A DNA stretch of 64,000 nucleotides. Origin: Flavobacteriaceae bacterium. GTDB taxonomy: Bacteria; Bacteroidota; Bacteroidia; Flavobacteriales; Flavobacteriaceae. Below, one piece after another: positions 9,400 through 18,491 of the stretch (positions are counted from its first letter, which is position 1; each line of letters starts with the position of its first letter). The stretch is from assembly GCA_038153605.1 (NCBI GenBank), contig JAYOYS010000001.1:57527-121526 (forward strand). The letters run 5' to 3'. The notes beneath the pieces are model-generated. The model ran no database searches, was not told where the DNA came from, and saw only the letters and a program-made list of their open reading frames with translations. Both the position numbers and the translations under genes were made by a program.

Positions 9400-9867
9400 T
9401 TAATGATCGCTGGCACTCATGTCGGCGATGATCTTCCACCCGCCCTGAATGTTTTTAAATATGACGATAAAACTGCCTTGGGCATCACCAACTTCCCGCA
9501 CCAAGTGATAGCGCCCCATGACCCAGTAGGCATCTTGGGCAATAGGACTAATATCGAGTAACTCAAAATTTAGTTCCCCGGAATGCGCTGGGCTAGGATA
9601 GGATTTTTTATAATTGTCTAAAGTGGGCTGCCAGCCTTTGGTCAGGCCTGATTGACCATAAAACTTGAGAGAGTCACTTTGCCAATAACCCTGCATAAAC
9701 CCTTCCAAATCGTGTTTTGACCAGGCCTGTTGTTGATCCAGCATGACTTGTCTAATGGCAGCAACATTTTCCTGGTGATTGGTCTCGGGGTTTGCCGGTT
9801 GATCGCTTTGGTTATGGCATGCCAGAACTAAGCTTAAAGCACAGAGCAGAGGGATATATATTTTCAT
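9400..9867 (-). CDS. SnoaL/NTF2-like (DUF4440-type) lipoprotein
   Basis: Lipoprotein signal LSLVLAC. The NTF2-like pattern includes WSKHDLEGFMQGYW and a C-terminal GGWKIIADMSA. Confidence 0.55.
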   Translation of the reverse strand: MKIYIPLLCALSLVLACHNQSDQPANPETNHQENVAAIRQVMLDQQQAWSKHDLEGFMQGYWQSDSLKFYGQSGLTKGWQPTLDNYKKSYPSPAHSGELNFELLDISPIAQDAYWVMGRYHLVREVGDAQGSFIVIFKNIQGGWKIIADMSASDH

Positions 9868-9948
9868 GAGTTTGATTTGATATAAATGTACATTGAATTT
9901 TTTGACCCACTAAAAAATTAAATATCTTGGACTATTGATTTTTATTTC

Positions 9949-10848
9949 ATGACCGACATCACTATACTGACTTGCAAGGCCTACTTCGCCCCAAAAACAC
10001 CCTCAGCATATACCGATAATATTTTACTGGAATATCGTCTACTCAAAGAGGCCCTTGAAAGGATGGGCCTTAAAGTAGAACGGACTTATTGGGACGACCC
10101 AAACTACGATTGGTCCCAAACACGGGCGGTGGTGTTCCGAACCATTTGGGATTACTTCGAGCGATTTGAGGAGTTTTGGCCATGGTTACAGTCCATAGAG
10201 ACCAAGACCAAACTCATCAACCCCATGAGCCTGATTGAGTGGAATATCGATAAGGCCTATTTATTTGAATTAGAAAAAAGGGGTATACCCGTTGTGCCCT
10301 CGGTCTTGGTCAAAAAAGGGCGGTCCCAAAATCTGATTGAAATTACCCGATCGATGAACTGGACCGATTTAGTGGTCAAACCCACCATAGCGGGCGGAGG
10401 ATATCTTACTTATAAATACAGTTACGCGGAACTAGCCGGCCATCAAGCTCAATTTGATGATTTGGTTGCCGAGCGCGACATGCTGGTTCAAGGTTATATT
10501 TCAAGTATTACCGAAAAAGGTGAGGCTTCCTTGATGGTCTTTGGCGGGGAATTTACCCACAGTATTTTAAAAAGAGCCAAAACAGGAGATTTTCGAGTGC
10601 AGGACGATTTCGGAGGCAGTGTTCATCCTTATGAGCATAGTCCAGATGAAGTGCTACTGGCTCAAAAGGTAATGGCTCAATGCCCCGAGGTTCCCGCTTA
10701 TGGTCGCGTGGATATTGTATGGGATGATAACAACCAACCCATGGTTTCTGAATTGGAAATTATTGAGCCAGAATTATGGGTGCGCCAGGCTCCTTGGGCT
10801 GCTGATCATTTTGCCCGGGCTATTGCAGCTCAACTCAAACCTGTATAA
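9949..10848 (+). CDS. ATP-grasp domain protein
   Basis: VVKPTIAGGG, LVQGYI and GRVDIV...SELEIIEPEL segments are typical of the ATP-grasp fold (RimK/GshB-like). Confidence 0.6.
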   Translation: MTDITILTCKAYFAPKTPSAYTDNILLEYRLLKEALERMGLKVERTYWDDPNYDWSQTRAVVFRTIWDYFERFEEFWPWLQSIETKTKLINPMSLIEWNIDKAYLFELEKRGIPVVPSVLVKKGRSQNLIEITRSMNWTDLVVKPTIAGGGYLTYKYSYAELAGHQAQFDDLVAERDMLVQGYISSITEKGEASLMVFGGEFTHSILKRAKTGDFRVQDDFGGSVHPYEHSPDEVLLAQKVMAQCPEVPAYGRVDIVWDDNNQPMVSELEIIEPELWVRQAPWAADHFARAIAAQLKPV

Positions 10849-10921
10849 AAGCACATTAATACAAGGTTCGCCAGTAATATACCTGCTGCCCTAATCTTTT
10901 TTATCCGAAAAAAATCCCAAG

Positions 10922-12313
10922 TTACCCTTTAGCCATCGCTGCAAAATGGTGGAAGAAACGCGGAATGGTCTCAATACCTTTAAAATAATTCCAAACCCCA
11001 AAATGCTCGTTTGGCGAGTGGATGGCATCGCTGTCCAGACCGAAGCCCATGAGTATGGTCTTGCTGCCTAACTCTGATTCAAACAAGGCCACAATGGGGA
11101 TGCTGCCGCCGCCGCGTTGAGGAATAGGGTCAACACCAAAGGCGTCTCGATAAGCCGCTGCCGCAGCGCGATAGCCCGGATGATCAATAGGGGTAACATA
11201 GCTTTGCCCTCCGTGATGCGTGGTGACCTCCACTTTAACCCCTCTTGGCGCAATTGATTTAAAATGTTTGGCAAACTGGGCTGAAATTTTCTCCCAATCC
11301 TGATTGGGGACCAATCGCATACTTATTTTGGCAAAAGCTTGACTCGGAATCACGGTCTTTGACCCTTCTCCAGTATAACCACCCCAAATACCATTGACAT
11401 CTAAAGTAGGTCTGATGGAGTTGCGCTCGTTTGTACTAAAGCCTTGCTCACCGTGAACGGATTCGATATCTATAGCCTTACAATAGGCTTCGAGACTGAA
11501 TGGGGCTTGAGCCATAGCCTCGCGTTCTTCGGTGCTGAGTTCGACTACATCATCGTAAAATCCAGGAATGGTGATTCTGTTTTGCTCATCTTGCAATGAG
11601 GCGATCATTTGGGTCAAAATATTGATTGGATTGGCTACGGCGCCCCCGTAAAGTCCACTGTGTAAATCACGGTTAGGCCCGGTTACCGCCACCTCCATAT
11701 ACGAGAGCCCACGAAGTCCTGTAGTGATCGATGGGATGTCATTCGCAATCATGCCCGTATCGCTGATTAAAATGATGTCATTTTTAAGTAAGGCTTTGTT
11801 TTCGGTTACAAAAATGCCCAAATTTTTGCTCCCGACCTCTTCTTCTCCTTCTATCATGAATTTGACATTGCAGGGCAGTTGACTGGTTTGAGTCATGAAT
11901 TCCAAAGCTTTGACGTGCATATACATCTGCCCTTTGTCGTCGCAGGCACCTCGAGCAAAAATGGCGCCTTGGGGATGAAGCTCTGTATTTTTTATTACGG
12001 GATCAAAAGGGGCGCTATCCCACAACTCAACAGGATCTGCTGGCTGAACATCGTAATGACCATAAACTAAAACTGTAGGGAGATCGGGGTTGATTATTTT
12101 TTCTCCATAAACTATGGGATTCCCGGCTGTAGGATAAATTTTTACATGATCACAGCCCGCCTTTCCTAACTGTTTTGCAACCAGATTGGCTGTAGCAATA
12201 ACATCATTTTTATAGGCTGAATCCGCACTCACTGAGGGGAGTTTAAGTAACTCGAAGAGTTCTTCTAAAAAACGATTTTTATGGGCATTGATATAATCTT
12301 TAGGAGAGGTCAT
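10922..12313 (-). CDS. M20 family dipeptidase (ArgE/DapE/PepV-like)
   Basis: VYGHYDVQP, ARGACDDKG and IEGEEEVGS metal-site motifs. ATG at 12313 is preferred over TTG at 12322. Confidence 0.88.
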   Translation of the reverse strand: MTSPKDYINAHKNRFLEELFELLKLPSVSADSAYKNDVIATANLVAKQLGKAGCDHVKIYPTAGNPIVYGEKIINPDLPTVLVYGHYDVQPADPVELWDSAPFDPVIKNTELHPQGAIFARGACDDKGQMYMHVKALEFMTQTSQLPCNVKFMIEGEEEVGSKNLGIFVTENKALLKNDIILISDTGMIANDIPSITTGLRGLSYMEVAVTGPNRDLHSGLYGGAVANPINILTQMIASLQDEQNRITIPGFYDDVVELSTEEREAMAQAPFSLEAYCKAIDIESVHGEQGFSTNERNSIRPTLDVNGIWGGYTGEGSKTVIPSQAFAKISMRLVPNQDWEKISAQFAKHFKSIAPRGVKVEVTTHHGGQSYVTPIDHPGYRAAAAAYRDAFGVDPIPQRGGGSIPIVALFESELGSKTILMGFGLDSDAIHSPNEHFGVWNYFKGIETIPRFFHHFAAMAKG

Positions 12314-12397
12314 ATGGTCCAAATTTGAATGTGCGCACGAAGTTACGAAAAGTGATAATTTTTAAAACCGCGCTCTATGTAAATTAAAAACAATATG

Positions 12398-12405
12398 TAT
12401 ATTTG
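12398..12405 (+). promoter_or_regulatory. -7 promoter box TATATTTG (TATATTTGCCACC) for tRNA-Leu
   Basis: Exact TAnnTTTG match, 25 nt upstream of the tRNA 5' end. Confidence 0.65.
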
Positions 12406-12429
12406 CCACCCTGATTTAAGGAATCCATT

Positions 12430-12511
12430 GCGGCTGTGATGGAATTGGTAGACATGCTAGACTTAGGATCTAGTGCCGCAAGGCGTGGGGGTTCGACTCC
12501 CTTCAGCCGCA
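12430..12511 (+). tRNA. tRNA-Leu (anticodon TAG), class II with long variable arm
   Basis: Acceptor GCGGCTG/CAGCCGC, anticodon loop ACTTAGGAT, long variable arm and T-arm GGGGGTTCGACTCCC. Confidence 0.93.
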
Positions 12512-12512
12512 C

Positions 12513-12541
12513 AAAACCCGGAAAATTTTCCGGGTTTTTTT
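12513..12541. terminator. bidirectional rho-independent terminator
   Basis: Perfect 26-nt palindrome AAAACCCGGAAAATTTTCCGGGTTTT flanked by A and T runs. It lies between tRNA-Leu (+) and the 3' end of the minus-strand TonB-dependent receptor. Confidence 0.85.
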
Positions 12542-12588
12542 ATGGCTGTAAACCAGGAATTAATTTGACGTTAACCCCTAAGAACAGC

Positions 12589-14826
12589 TCAATATTGATA
12601 ATTAAGGTTGATCGAAACGGCACGAGGATGCCCCGGGCGTAATCCGGCGGGGTGACGCGCGGCGATATAAACCTGGTCCAAAGCGTTTATAACCGAAAGT
12701 CCAACATTCCACGATGAGCTAATCTGATAATTTGCAGCAAAATCCACGATGGTCCGCTGAGGTATTTTCTCTTGCTCCATGATGGGGCCCTGTCCAGCGA
12801 CACTGCGTGCATCACTTTGGTATCTCGCGTTAAGTGTGGCCGACCATCGGGGGTGGGTTAAGCCGATCATAAGACTTGCTTGATGAGGGGTAATGTAGGG
12901 CATTTGGTCGTCAGGCTTTACTGAACCAAATAGGCTGTTGTCACTATCAAATGAGGAGAGAAAGCGTGTTTGTGTTCCAGTGTAAACCAGAGAAACGGGT
13001 AATTCAATCTTTTGAGAGGCACTCAATATCCACTTTTTTGAGACTTGCGCTTCGGCGCCCCATACTTGAGCCTCACCAGCATTGAATCGCTCGTTATTTC
13101 CATAGCCGCCACCAGCGGCTAAATCCGAGCCCAGCAATTGATTAAAATGATTAAAAAAACCGACTATTTCCAGACTCAATTCTGCCCTATTGTGACGCAA
13201 TCCGAGTTCTTGATTCCAACTAATTTCAGCCTTTTGCTCTGGCGTAAAGCCAGGAGGAGAAAAGCCTTTGTGTAAACCACCGAAAAGTGCGGTCTGATTA
13301 TCCCACTTAAAGCAAAACCCCAAGCCTGGGATAAGAACAACAGTATTGTTCAAGGTATTTTCTTCAGGGGGCTTTATTCGATTTGTGTTTGTCTTCCCAA
13401 AATCCAGCGTTCTCAGGGCAATAGATTCCATGCGAAGACCGGGCTTAAGCGTAAGTTTCCCTAGTTTTTGGGTCAGTAAGAAAAAACCAGAAAGGGCAGT
13501 GGCTTTTTTAATTTGATTGGCGTCACTCCCTCTTAGACCACTTTCACGCAAGATCATTCTTTGGCTTTCCAGGGCATACTGGTCGACCCATTGAAAACGA
13601 TCTTCAGCATCACTGTGCCAGCGAATACCAAGGCTGAGTCGGCGTCCGGGGTCTGAAATAGACTGCCAATCGAGATGACTTTGGATTCCTCGAGAATAGT
13701 ATCGTCGGTTATTGGCCTTGACAGATAAACTCGCTTGGTCAGTTGTAGAAGCACCGGTGAGATTTTGATAAGCTACTGCGAATTCCTCAGGATTGTCTAA
13801 AATCGTCCCAATACTCAGGACTTCATCTTGCATACGGACTTTATCTAATTTATACCAGTTACGCCTGAAAATATTATTATAGGTTGTAGTTCTAATGCTC
13901 ATCGATTTATTTACAGACCAAACATGAGTGAGGGTAAATTGCTGGTGAAAAGAGCGCATTTGATCTTGAGCTGAAGCAGCATAGCGCCTGAATGCACTGG
14001 CATCGAAGTCTTCTTGACTCAAACCTAGATAAGTTTCATTAGCGTTTTCTTGGGCGTATCCCAGTTTGAGGATTACCGAATGCCTTTTACCCAGAAATTC
14101 TGGTGTCCACTGAAATTTTCCCAGTAGGTCATGCTTGTCAAAACCAGAATTGCCACCACCATCGATTTTTTTGAATCCATCGCTCTGATAACCCAAATAT
14201 TGAGTGATGTATGAGATATCTTTATGTTTATTGCCCAAAGTGAGTTGCTGGTTTTGGGAATTAAATCTCCCTGCAGAAGCTCTTGCCTCTAAAGTGAATT
14301 TTTCGGCAGGAGCGACCGAACGAAAGTTAATTGCACCTCCAGAGGTATTGGGGCCATATTCGATTTGACTGCTCCCTTTGTAAACTTCTACCGCATCCAT
14401 TCGCCCCAGAGAAGGGAAGTAATATGCTGCAGGAGCAGTATAAGGTGCAGGCGCTGCCAGAACACCGTCTTCCATTAAATTGACTTTTGAACTCCTTTGT
14501 GGCGCCGTACCACGCATGCTGATGTTGGGTCTCAAGCCAAAGCCATCTTCTTCGTATACCTGAATTCCTGCCAGACGTTGAAACAGTCGATTTGCATCCA
14601 ATGAGCCTAACTGCTGAATCTCTTTTTTTGTGATTTTTTGGGCTGAGCCTGTGCGTTGTTCTGCACTAAATCCATCTAAAACAGAGCTATATGAGAGCAG
14701 TACAGTTTGCAATAGCTCACTAGAATTTAAAGAATCCCGAACGATTTTGGGGTCTTTTTCTTGAGCGTGAATCGAGATCATCAGAGGACTAAGCGCGAGG
14801 ATTAATATTTGTTTGAACCCCGTCAT
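12589..14826 (-). CDS. TonB-dependent outer-membrane receptor (non-SusC type)
   Basis: Signal peptide, plug domain (NISMRGT..., DGVLAAPAPY, VEVYKGSSQIEYGPNTSGGAINF) and a long beta-barrel ending in an aromatic residue. Confidence 0.9.
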   Translation of the reverse strand: MTGFKQILILALSPLMISIHAQEKDPKIVRDSLNSSELLQTVLLSYSSVLDGFSAEQRTGSAQKITKKEIQQLGSLDANRLFQRLAGIQVYEEDGFGLRPNISMRGTAPQRSSKVNLMEDGVLAAPAPYTAPAAYYFPSLGRMDAVEVYKGSSQIEYGPNTSGGAINFRSVAPAEKFTLEARASAGRFNSQNQQLTLGNKHKDISYITQYLGYQSDGFKKIDGGGNSGFDKHDLLGKFQWTPEFLGKRHSVILKLGYAQENANETYLGLSQEDFDASAFRRYAASAQDQMRSFHQQFTLTHVWSVNKSMSIRTTTYNNIFRRNWYKLDKVRMQDEVLSIGTILDNPEEFAVAYQNLTGASTTDQASLSVKANNRRYYSRGIQSHLDWQSISDPGRRLSLGIRWHSDAEDRFQWVDQYALESQRMILRESGLRGSDANQIKKATALSGFFLLTQKLGKLTLKPGLRMESIALRTLDFGKTNTNRIKPPEENTLNNTVVLIPGLGFCFKWDNQTALFGGLHKGFSPPGFTPEQKAEISWNQELGLRHNRAELSLEIVGFFNHFNQLLGSDLAAGGGYGNNERFNAGEAQVWGAEAQVSKKWILSASQKIELPVSLVYTGTQTRFLSSFDSDNSLFGSVKPDDQMPYITPHQASLMIGLTHPRWSATLNARYQSDARSVAGQGPIMEQEKIPQRTIVDFAANYQISSSWNVGLSVINALDQVYIAARHPAGLRPGHPRAVSINLNYQY

Positions 14827-14867
14827 TTATCAGATTAATTTTATTTAGACTTATTAAAAATAAAGTG

Positions 14868-14875
14868 CAAATGTA
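14868..14875 (-). promoter_or_regulatory. -7 promoter box TACATTTG for the TonB-dependent receptor
   Basis: Exact TAnnTTTG match on the minus strand, about 40 nt upstream of the ATG at 14826. Confidence 0.5.
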
Positions 14876-14990
14876 AAGGTCGTCAAACTCAAAAACAAGC
14901 TGTAGTGGAAATGATTTTGATATTTTTTAATTCGTCCAAATGCGGCATGTTTATTGCGTTGGTTCCGAAGGAATTATTAATTTTAGCATC

Positions 14991-15332
14991 ATGAAATTAC
15001 CATTATATTGGCTCATTTACTTTGGTTTATTATCCCAAATATCTTTGGGTCAAAAGCTCTTTAAAACTGATTATGCTCATCAGGCAGATTTTAAGGTTTT
15101 TATTGTGGAATACGCTCATCAGGCAGATTTAAGTGTTTTTACGGTGGATTACGATCATCAAGCAAAAGGCAATGAGGGTCTGTGGATTTTCACTAAATAT
15201 GCTCATCAAGCAGACAAAAGCGTATTTTTTGTTGACTACCTGCATCAAGCGGACCTAAAAATTTTTATGGTAAAATACCCTCATCAGGCTAAATGGCACT
15301 CTTCTTCTAAAAAGCATTTGATGTTTCGTTGA
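14991..15332 (+). CDS. small secreted protein built from six 13-residue YxHQA(D/K) repeats
   Basis: ATG at 14991 gives the signal peptide MKLPLYWLIYFGLLSQISLG. The mature part is six units of the pattern h-x-h-F-x-h-x-Y-x-H-Q-A-D/K. No family recognised. Confidence 0.7.
   Translation: MKLPLYWLIYFGLLSQISLGQKLFKTDYAHQADFKVFIVEYAHQADLSVFTVDYDHQAKGNEGLWIFTKYAHQADKSVFFVDYLHQADLKIFMVKYPHQAKWHSSSKKHLMFR
15054..15293 (+). repeat. in-frame 39-nt (13-codon) tandem coding repeat, 6 copies
   Basis: Tyr residues at positions 28, 41, 54, 70, 83 and 96 of the protein. The nucleotide core TA(T/C)GCTCATCA(G/A)GCAGA recurs. Confidence 0.85.
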
Positions 15333-15347
15333 CCTTGGCCTTTTCGC

Positions 15348-15355
15348 TATCTTTG
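15348..15355 (+). promoter_or_regulatory. -7 promoter box TATCTTTG (TATCTTTGCC) for the mevalonate operon
   Basis: Exact TAnnTTTG match, 27 nt upstream of the ATG at 15382. This argues against the TTG start at 15361. Confidence 0.6.
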
Positions 15356-15381
15356 CCGGGTTGCAGTACAATGATTCATCC

Positions 15382-16500
15382 ATGAATACAGATCTTTTTT
15401 TGACCTTACCGAAATTAGAACTTCCGCAAACTATTGGATCTATTGCGGTCACTGCACCGAGCAATATCGCATTGGTGAAATATTGGGGTAAATCTCAGGG
15501 GCAAATTCCAAAAAATGCGAGTATCAGTTTTACACTGAACAACTGTATGACGCAGACTACACTGAGTTATACGCCATTGCGCTCAGGCCCTGAGCAGAAC
15601 GACTTGAAAAACACAGATGCCCAGATGGTGGATTTTGAGGTCTTTGTGGATGGTCAGCTTAAGCCTGAATTCGCGCCAAAAATCGCAACATTTTTTATGC
15701 GAATAAAGGATTATATGCCTTGGATAAGCTTATTTAATTGGCGCATTGATACAAAAAACACTTTCCCTCACGGCAGTGGTATTGCCAGTTCTGCAAGTGG
15801 GTTTGCTGCTTTGGCTGGGGCATTGATGCATTTAGAAGCCAGTTGGTGCACCTTCGCTGTTGATCAAGAAAAATGGGTTCAGAAGACCTCTTTTTTGGCA
15901 CGACTGGGCAGCGGAAGTGCAGCGCGATCAGTGATAGGCCCCTTAATGTATTGGGGACAACACCCCGCATTACCCGCCTCAAATGATTTATACGCTCAAG
16001 CCATGACTCAAGATATTGCTTCTGTTTTTATGGATTATAAAGACACTATATTGCTGGTAGATCAGGGGGAGAAGGAGGTGAGTAGCACCGTGGGACACAA
16101 CTTAATGCACAATCATCCTTTTGCTGCACAGCGTTTTGAACAAGCACAGCAAAACCTATCGACACTATTAGGCATACTGTCCTCAGGGGACACGGCAGGC
16201 TTTTGCGAGGTTGTAGAGGCAGAGGCTTTGTCTTTACACGCTATGATGATGACTTCCAATCCATCCTATCTGCTTATAAAACCCAATACTTTAGCCATCA
16301 TTGAAAAGGTTCGGAGATTTAGGCGTGACCAAAATATTGCGGTATGTTTTACTTTAGATGCAGGCGCAAACGTGCACATCCTTTATCCCAATAAGGCCAC
16401 CAATGACGTGATGCCTTGGATTCAAAAGGAATTAGCGCCATTATGCCAAGGAGGTCAGTTTATTGAAGATCATGTTGGTCAGGGTTTGAAAAAACTTTAA
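15382..16500 (+). CDS. mvaD: diphosphomevalonate decarboxylase
   Basis: APSNIALVKYWGK, GSGIASSASGFAALA and ARLGSGSAARS motifs of the GHMP-fold decarboxylase. Confidence 0.9.
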   Translation: MNTDLFLTLPKLELPQTIGSIAVTAPSNIALVKYWGKSQGQIPKNASISFTLNNCMTQTTLSYTPLRSGPEQNDLKNTDAQMVDFEVFVDGQLKPEFAPKIATFFMRIKDYMPWISLFNWRIDTKNTFPHGSGIASSASGFAALAGALMHLEASWCTFAVDQEKWVQKTSFLARLGSGSAARSVIGPLMYWGQHPALPASNDLYAQAMTQDIASVFMDYKDTILLVDQGEKEVSSTVGHNLMHNHPFAAQRFEQAQQNLSTLLGILSSGDTAGFCEVVEAEALSLHAMMMTSNPSYLLIKPNTLAIIEKVRRFRRDQNIAVCFTLDAGANVHILYPNKATNDVMPWIQKELAPLCQGGQFIEDHVGQGLKKL

Positions 16501-16519
16501 TTTTACAACAAAATAGGTG

Positions 16520-17455
16520 ATGAAAGGACCCTTATTTTATTCTAAAATATTGCTCTTCGGAGAGTATGGCATCATCAAAGATTCCAAAGGCCTTTCCATA
16601 CCTTATAATTTTTACAAAGGAGCGCTGATTATTCCTCAGCAGCAAACACCCGAGACCCTTCAGTCCAACAAGCACCTCAAGGCCTTTTGCGCTTACCTGG
16701 GGCAAATTGAAGAAGAGGGCCAATCACTCACTCGATTCAATTTAAGTCAAATGCATGACGATTTGGCTCAAGGGATGTATTTTGACTCAAGTATTCCACA
16801 GGGTTATGGCGTAGGGAGTAGTGGCGCGCTTGTGGCGGCGATATACGATCGATATGCTATTGATAAAATTACCATTTTAGAAAATTTAACTCGTGAAAAG
16901 CTCCTGACGCTCAAGTCAGCTTTTGCGCAGATGGAGTCTTTTTTTCATGGCAAGTCCTCTGGTCTTGATCCATTGAATAGCTATTTGAGTTTGCCCATTT
17001 TAATTAATTCTCAAGAGCATATTGAGCCTGCCGGAATCCCTTCGCAAACCAATACTGGAGGGGCCGTTTTTTTACTAGATAGCGGCATGACCGGGGAAAC
17101 CGCCCCAATGGTCCAACTATTTATGGAGAAAATGAAGCATGAAGGCTTCCGCAGTATGTTAAAAAATGAGTTTGTCACCTACACCGATCGTTGTGTGGAG
17201 GATTTTCTCAAAGGAGATGTGGGGTCACTTTTTGGTAATATTAAACGCCTGTCAAAAGTGGTTCTTGACCACTTTCAGCCTATGATTCCAATGCAGTTTC
17301 ATGAATTGTGGCAACGTGGATTGGATTCAAATGCTTATTACTTAAAGTTATGCGGATCAGGTGGCGGAGGTTATATGCTCGGATTTACCCGAGATTTAGA
17401 TCATGCAAAGGCCGTTCTCAAAGACTACAAATTAGAAGTAGTCTATCAATTTTAG
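16520..17455 (+). CDS. GHMP-family kinase, mevalonate kinase-like (a phosphomevalonate kinase role is not excluded)
   Basis: KILLFGEYGII N-terminus, GHMP motif 2 GYGVGSSGALVAA and motif 3 KLCGSGGGGY. Confidence 0.8.
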   Translation: MKGPLFYSKILLFGEYGIIKDSKGLSIPYNFYKGALIIPQQQTPETLQSNKHLKAFCAYLGQIEEEGQSLTRFNLSQMHDDLAQGMYFDSSIPQGYGVGSSGALVAAIYDRYAIDKITILENLTREKLLTLKSAFAQMESFFHGKSSGLDPLNSYLSLPILINSQEHIEPAGIPSQTNTGGAVFLLDSGMTGETAPMVQLFMEKMKHEGFRSMLKNEFVTYTDRCVEDFLKGDVGSLFGNIKRLSKVVLDHFQPMIPMQFHELWQRGLDSNAYYLKLCGSGGGGYMLGFTRDLDHAKAVLKDYKLEVVYQF

Positions 17456-17473
17456 CCATCAAATTTTGGGCTT

Positions 17474-18379
17474 ATGATTACACGCCCTCAAAAAATAATC
17501 TTAATAAAACTTCTCAGTGTCGTCTCTGTGGTTCGTGGCTATGCCATAGTCCTTATGATTGCGGCTCAACTATTTACAGCAGCATTTATTCTTGCCCCCG
17601 AGACTCCGCTTAGCGTGGTTTTTTTTTCTTGGAACCTTTGGTTACTTATTTTGGCCTCTGCTCTATCCATAGCGGGCGGATACATTATCAATAATTTTTA
17701 TGATCAAGAAAAGGATTTGATCAACCGACCCAGGCGGAGTAAACTAGATCAAATGCTGCGACAGCAAACCAAGCTCTCTGGGTATTTTGTTTTAAATTTT
17801 GCTGCCGTATTGGCGGCCAGTGCTGTTTCTTTTCAGGCCGCCCTATTTTTTTCGGGGTTTATATTCCTAATGTGGTATTACTCTCATCGTCTCAAAAAAA
17901 TAATTTTTGTGGGTAATTTGACCTCTGCAATGCTCACAGTGATGCCACTTTTTATATTGGTGGTTTACTATAAATCGTTTTCTTCAATTATAGTGGTTCA
18001 CGCTTGTTTCTTACTAATGCTTCTTGCATCACGCGAATTACTAAAGGATTTAGAAAATATCACAGGAGATTTAGTTCAAGGCTATAAAACAATCCCTGTA
18101 GTCTATGGAGTGCAGGTTGCTAAAATTATGGGCATAGGGCTTATCGGTTTGACCTATGTGCCGTCACTGATCTTAATTTTAGATTATGACATTAAACTCA
18201 TGCGTTTCTACTTTTTTGCTACCATGAGCGTTTTGCCGTATGGTGCAATTTTGCTTTGGCGCGCCAATGAGCGACGCGATTTTCTCGTGCTGCATGCCTT
18301 ACTGAGATTGGGAATTATTATAGGAGTATTGAGTATTGTGCTGCTTAATCCAGAAAGACTGATATACGGTTGGTATTAA
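17474..18379 (+). CDS. UbiA-family integral-membrane prenyltransferase
   Basis: About 8 TM segments, first Asp-rich motif NNFYDQEKD, second KDLENITGD. Confidence 0.85.
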   Translation: MITRPQKIILIKLLSVVSVVRGYAIVLMIAAQLFTAAFILAPETPLSVVFFSWNLWLLILASALSIAGGYIINNFYDQEKDLINRPRRSKLDQMLRQQTKLSGYFVLNFAAVLAASAVSFQAALFFSGFIFLMWYYSHRLKKIIFVGNLTSAMLTVMPLFILVVYYKSFSSIIVVHACFLLMLLASRELLKDLENITGDLVQGYKTIPVVYGVQVAKIMGIGLIGLTYVPSLILILDYDIKLMRFYFFATMSVLPYGAILLWRANERRDFLVLHALLRLGIIIGVLSIVLLNPERLIYGWY

Positions 18380-18459
18380 ATTATTTGGACCAAGGCTGGT
18401 GAATTTCCTCAGTTTAAATTATCTCAAAATGGCTAAGGCTTTAGACGTCTTTTATTGAC

Positions 18460-18467
18460 TATCTTTG
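18460..18467 (+). promoter_or_regulatory. -7 promoter box TATCTTTG (TATCTTTGCC) for the pseudouridine synthase gene
   Basis: Exact TAnnTTTG match, 25 nt upstream of the ATG at 18492. This overlaps and argues against the track start at 18465. Confidence 0.6.
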
Positions 18468-18491
18468 CCCTCTAAACTCAATTTAACCATA

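Noticed and set aside
5716-12511. Possible genomic island targeted to tRNA-Asp or tRNA-Leu.
   Set aside because: No integrase, transposase or phage gene lies next to either tRNA. I did not spot a duplicated tRNA 3' segment nearby. The flanking genes are ordinary housekeeping genes.
14908-14926. Fur-box-like AT-rich sequence GAAATGATTTTGATATTTT between the TonB-dependent receptor and the repeat-protein gene.
   Set aside because: It resembles the GATAATGATAATCATTATC consensus only partially, and it has poor dyad symmetry in a generally AT-rich spacer. It cannot be distinguished from background without a position weight matrix scan.
15054-15293. 39-nt periodic nucleotide repeat, considered as a possible CRISPR or non-coding tandem array.
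   Set aside because: The period is a multiple of 3 and in frame with a signal-peptide ORF. The units are contiguous with no spacers, and they diverge in a codon-wise fashion. It is a coding repeat.
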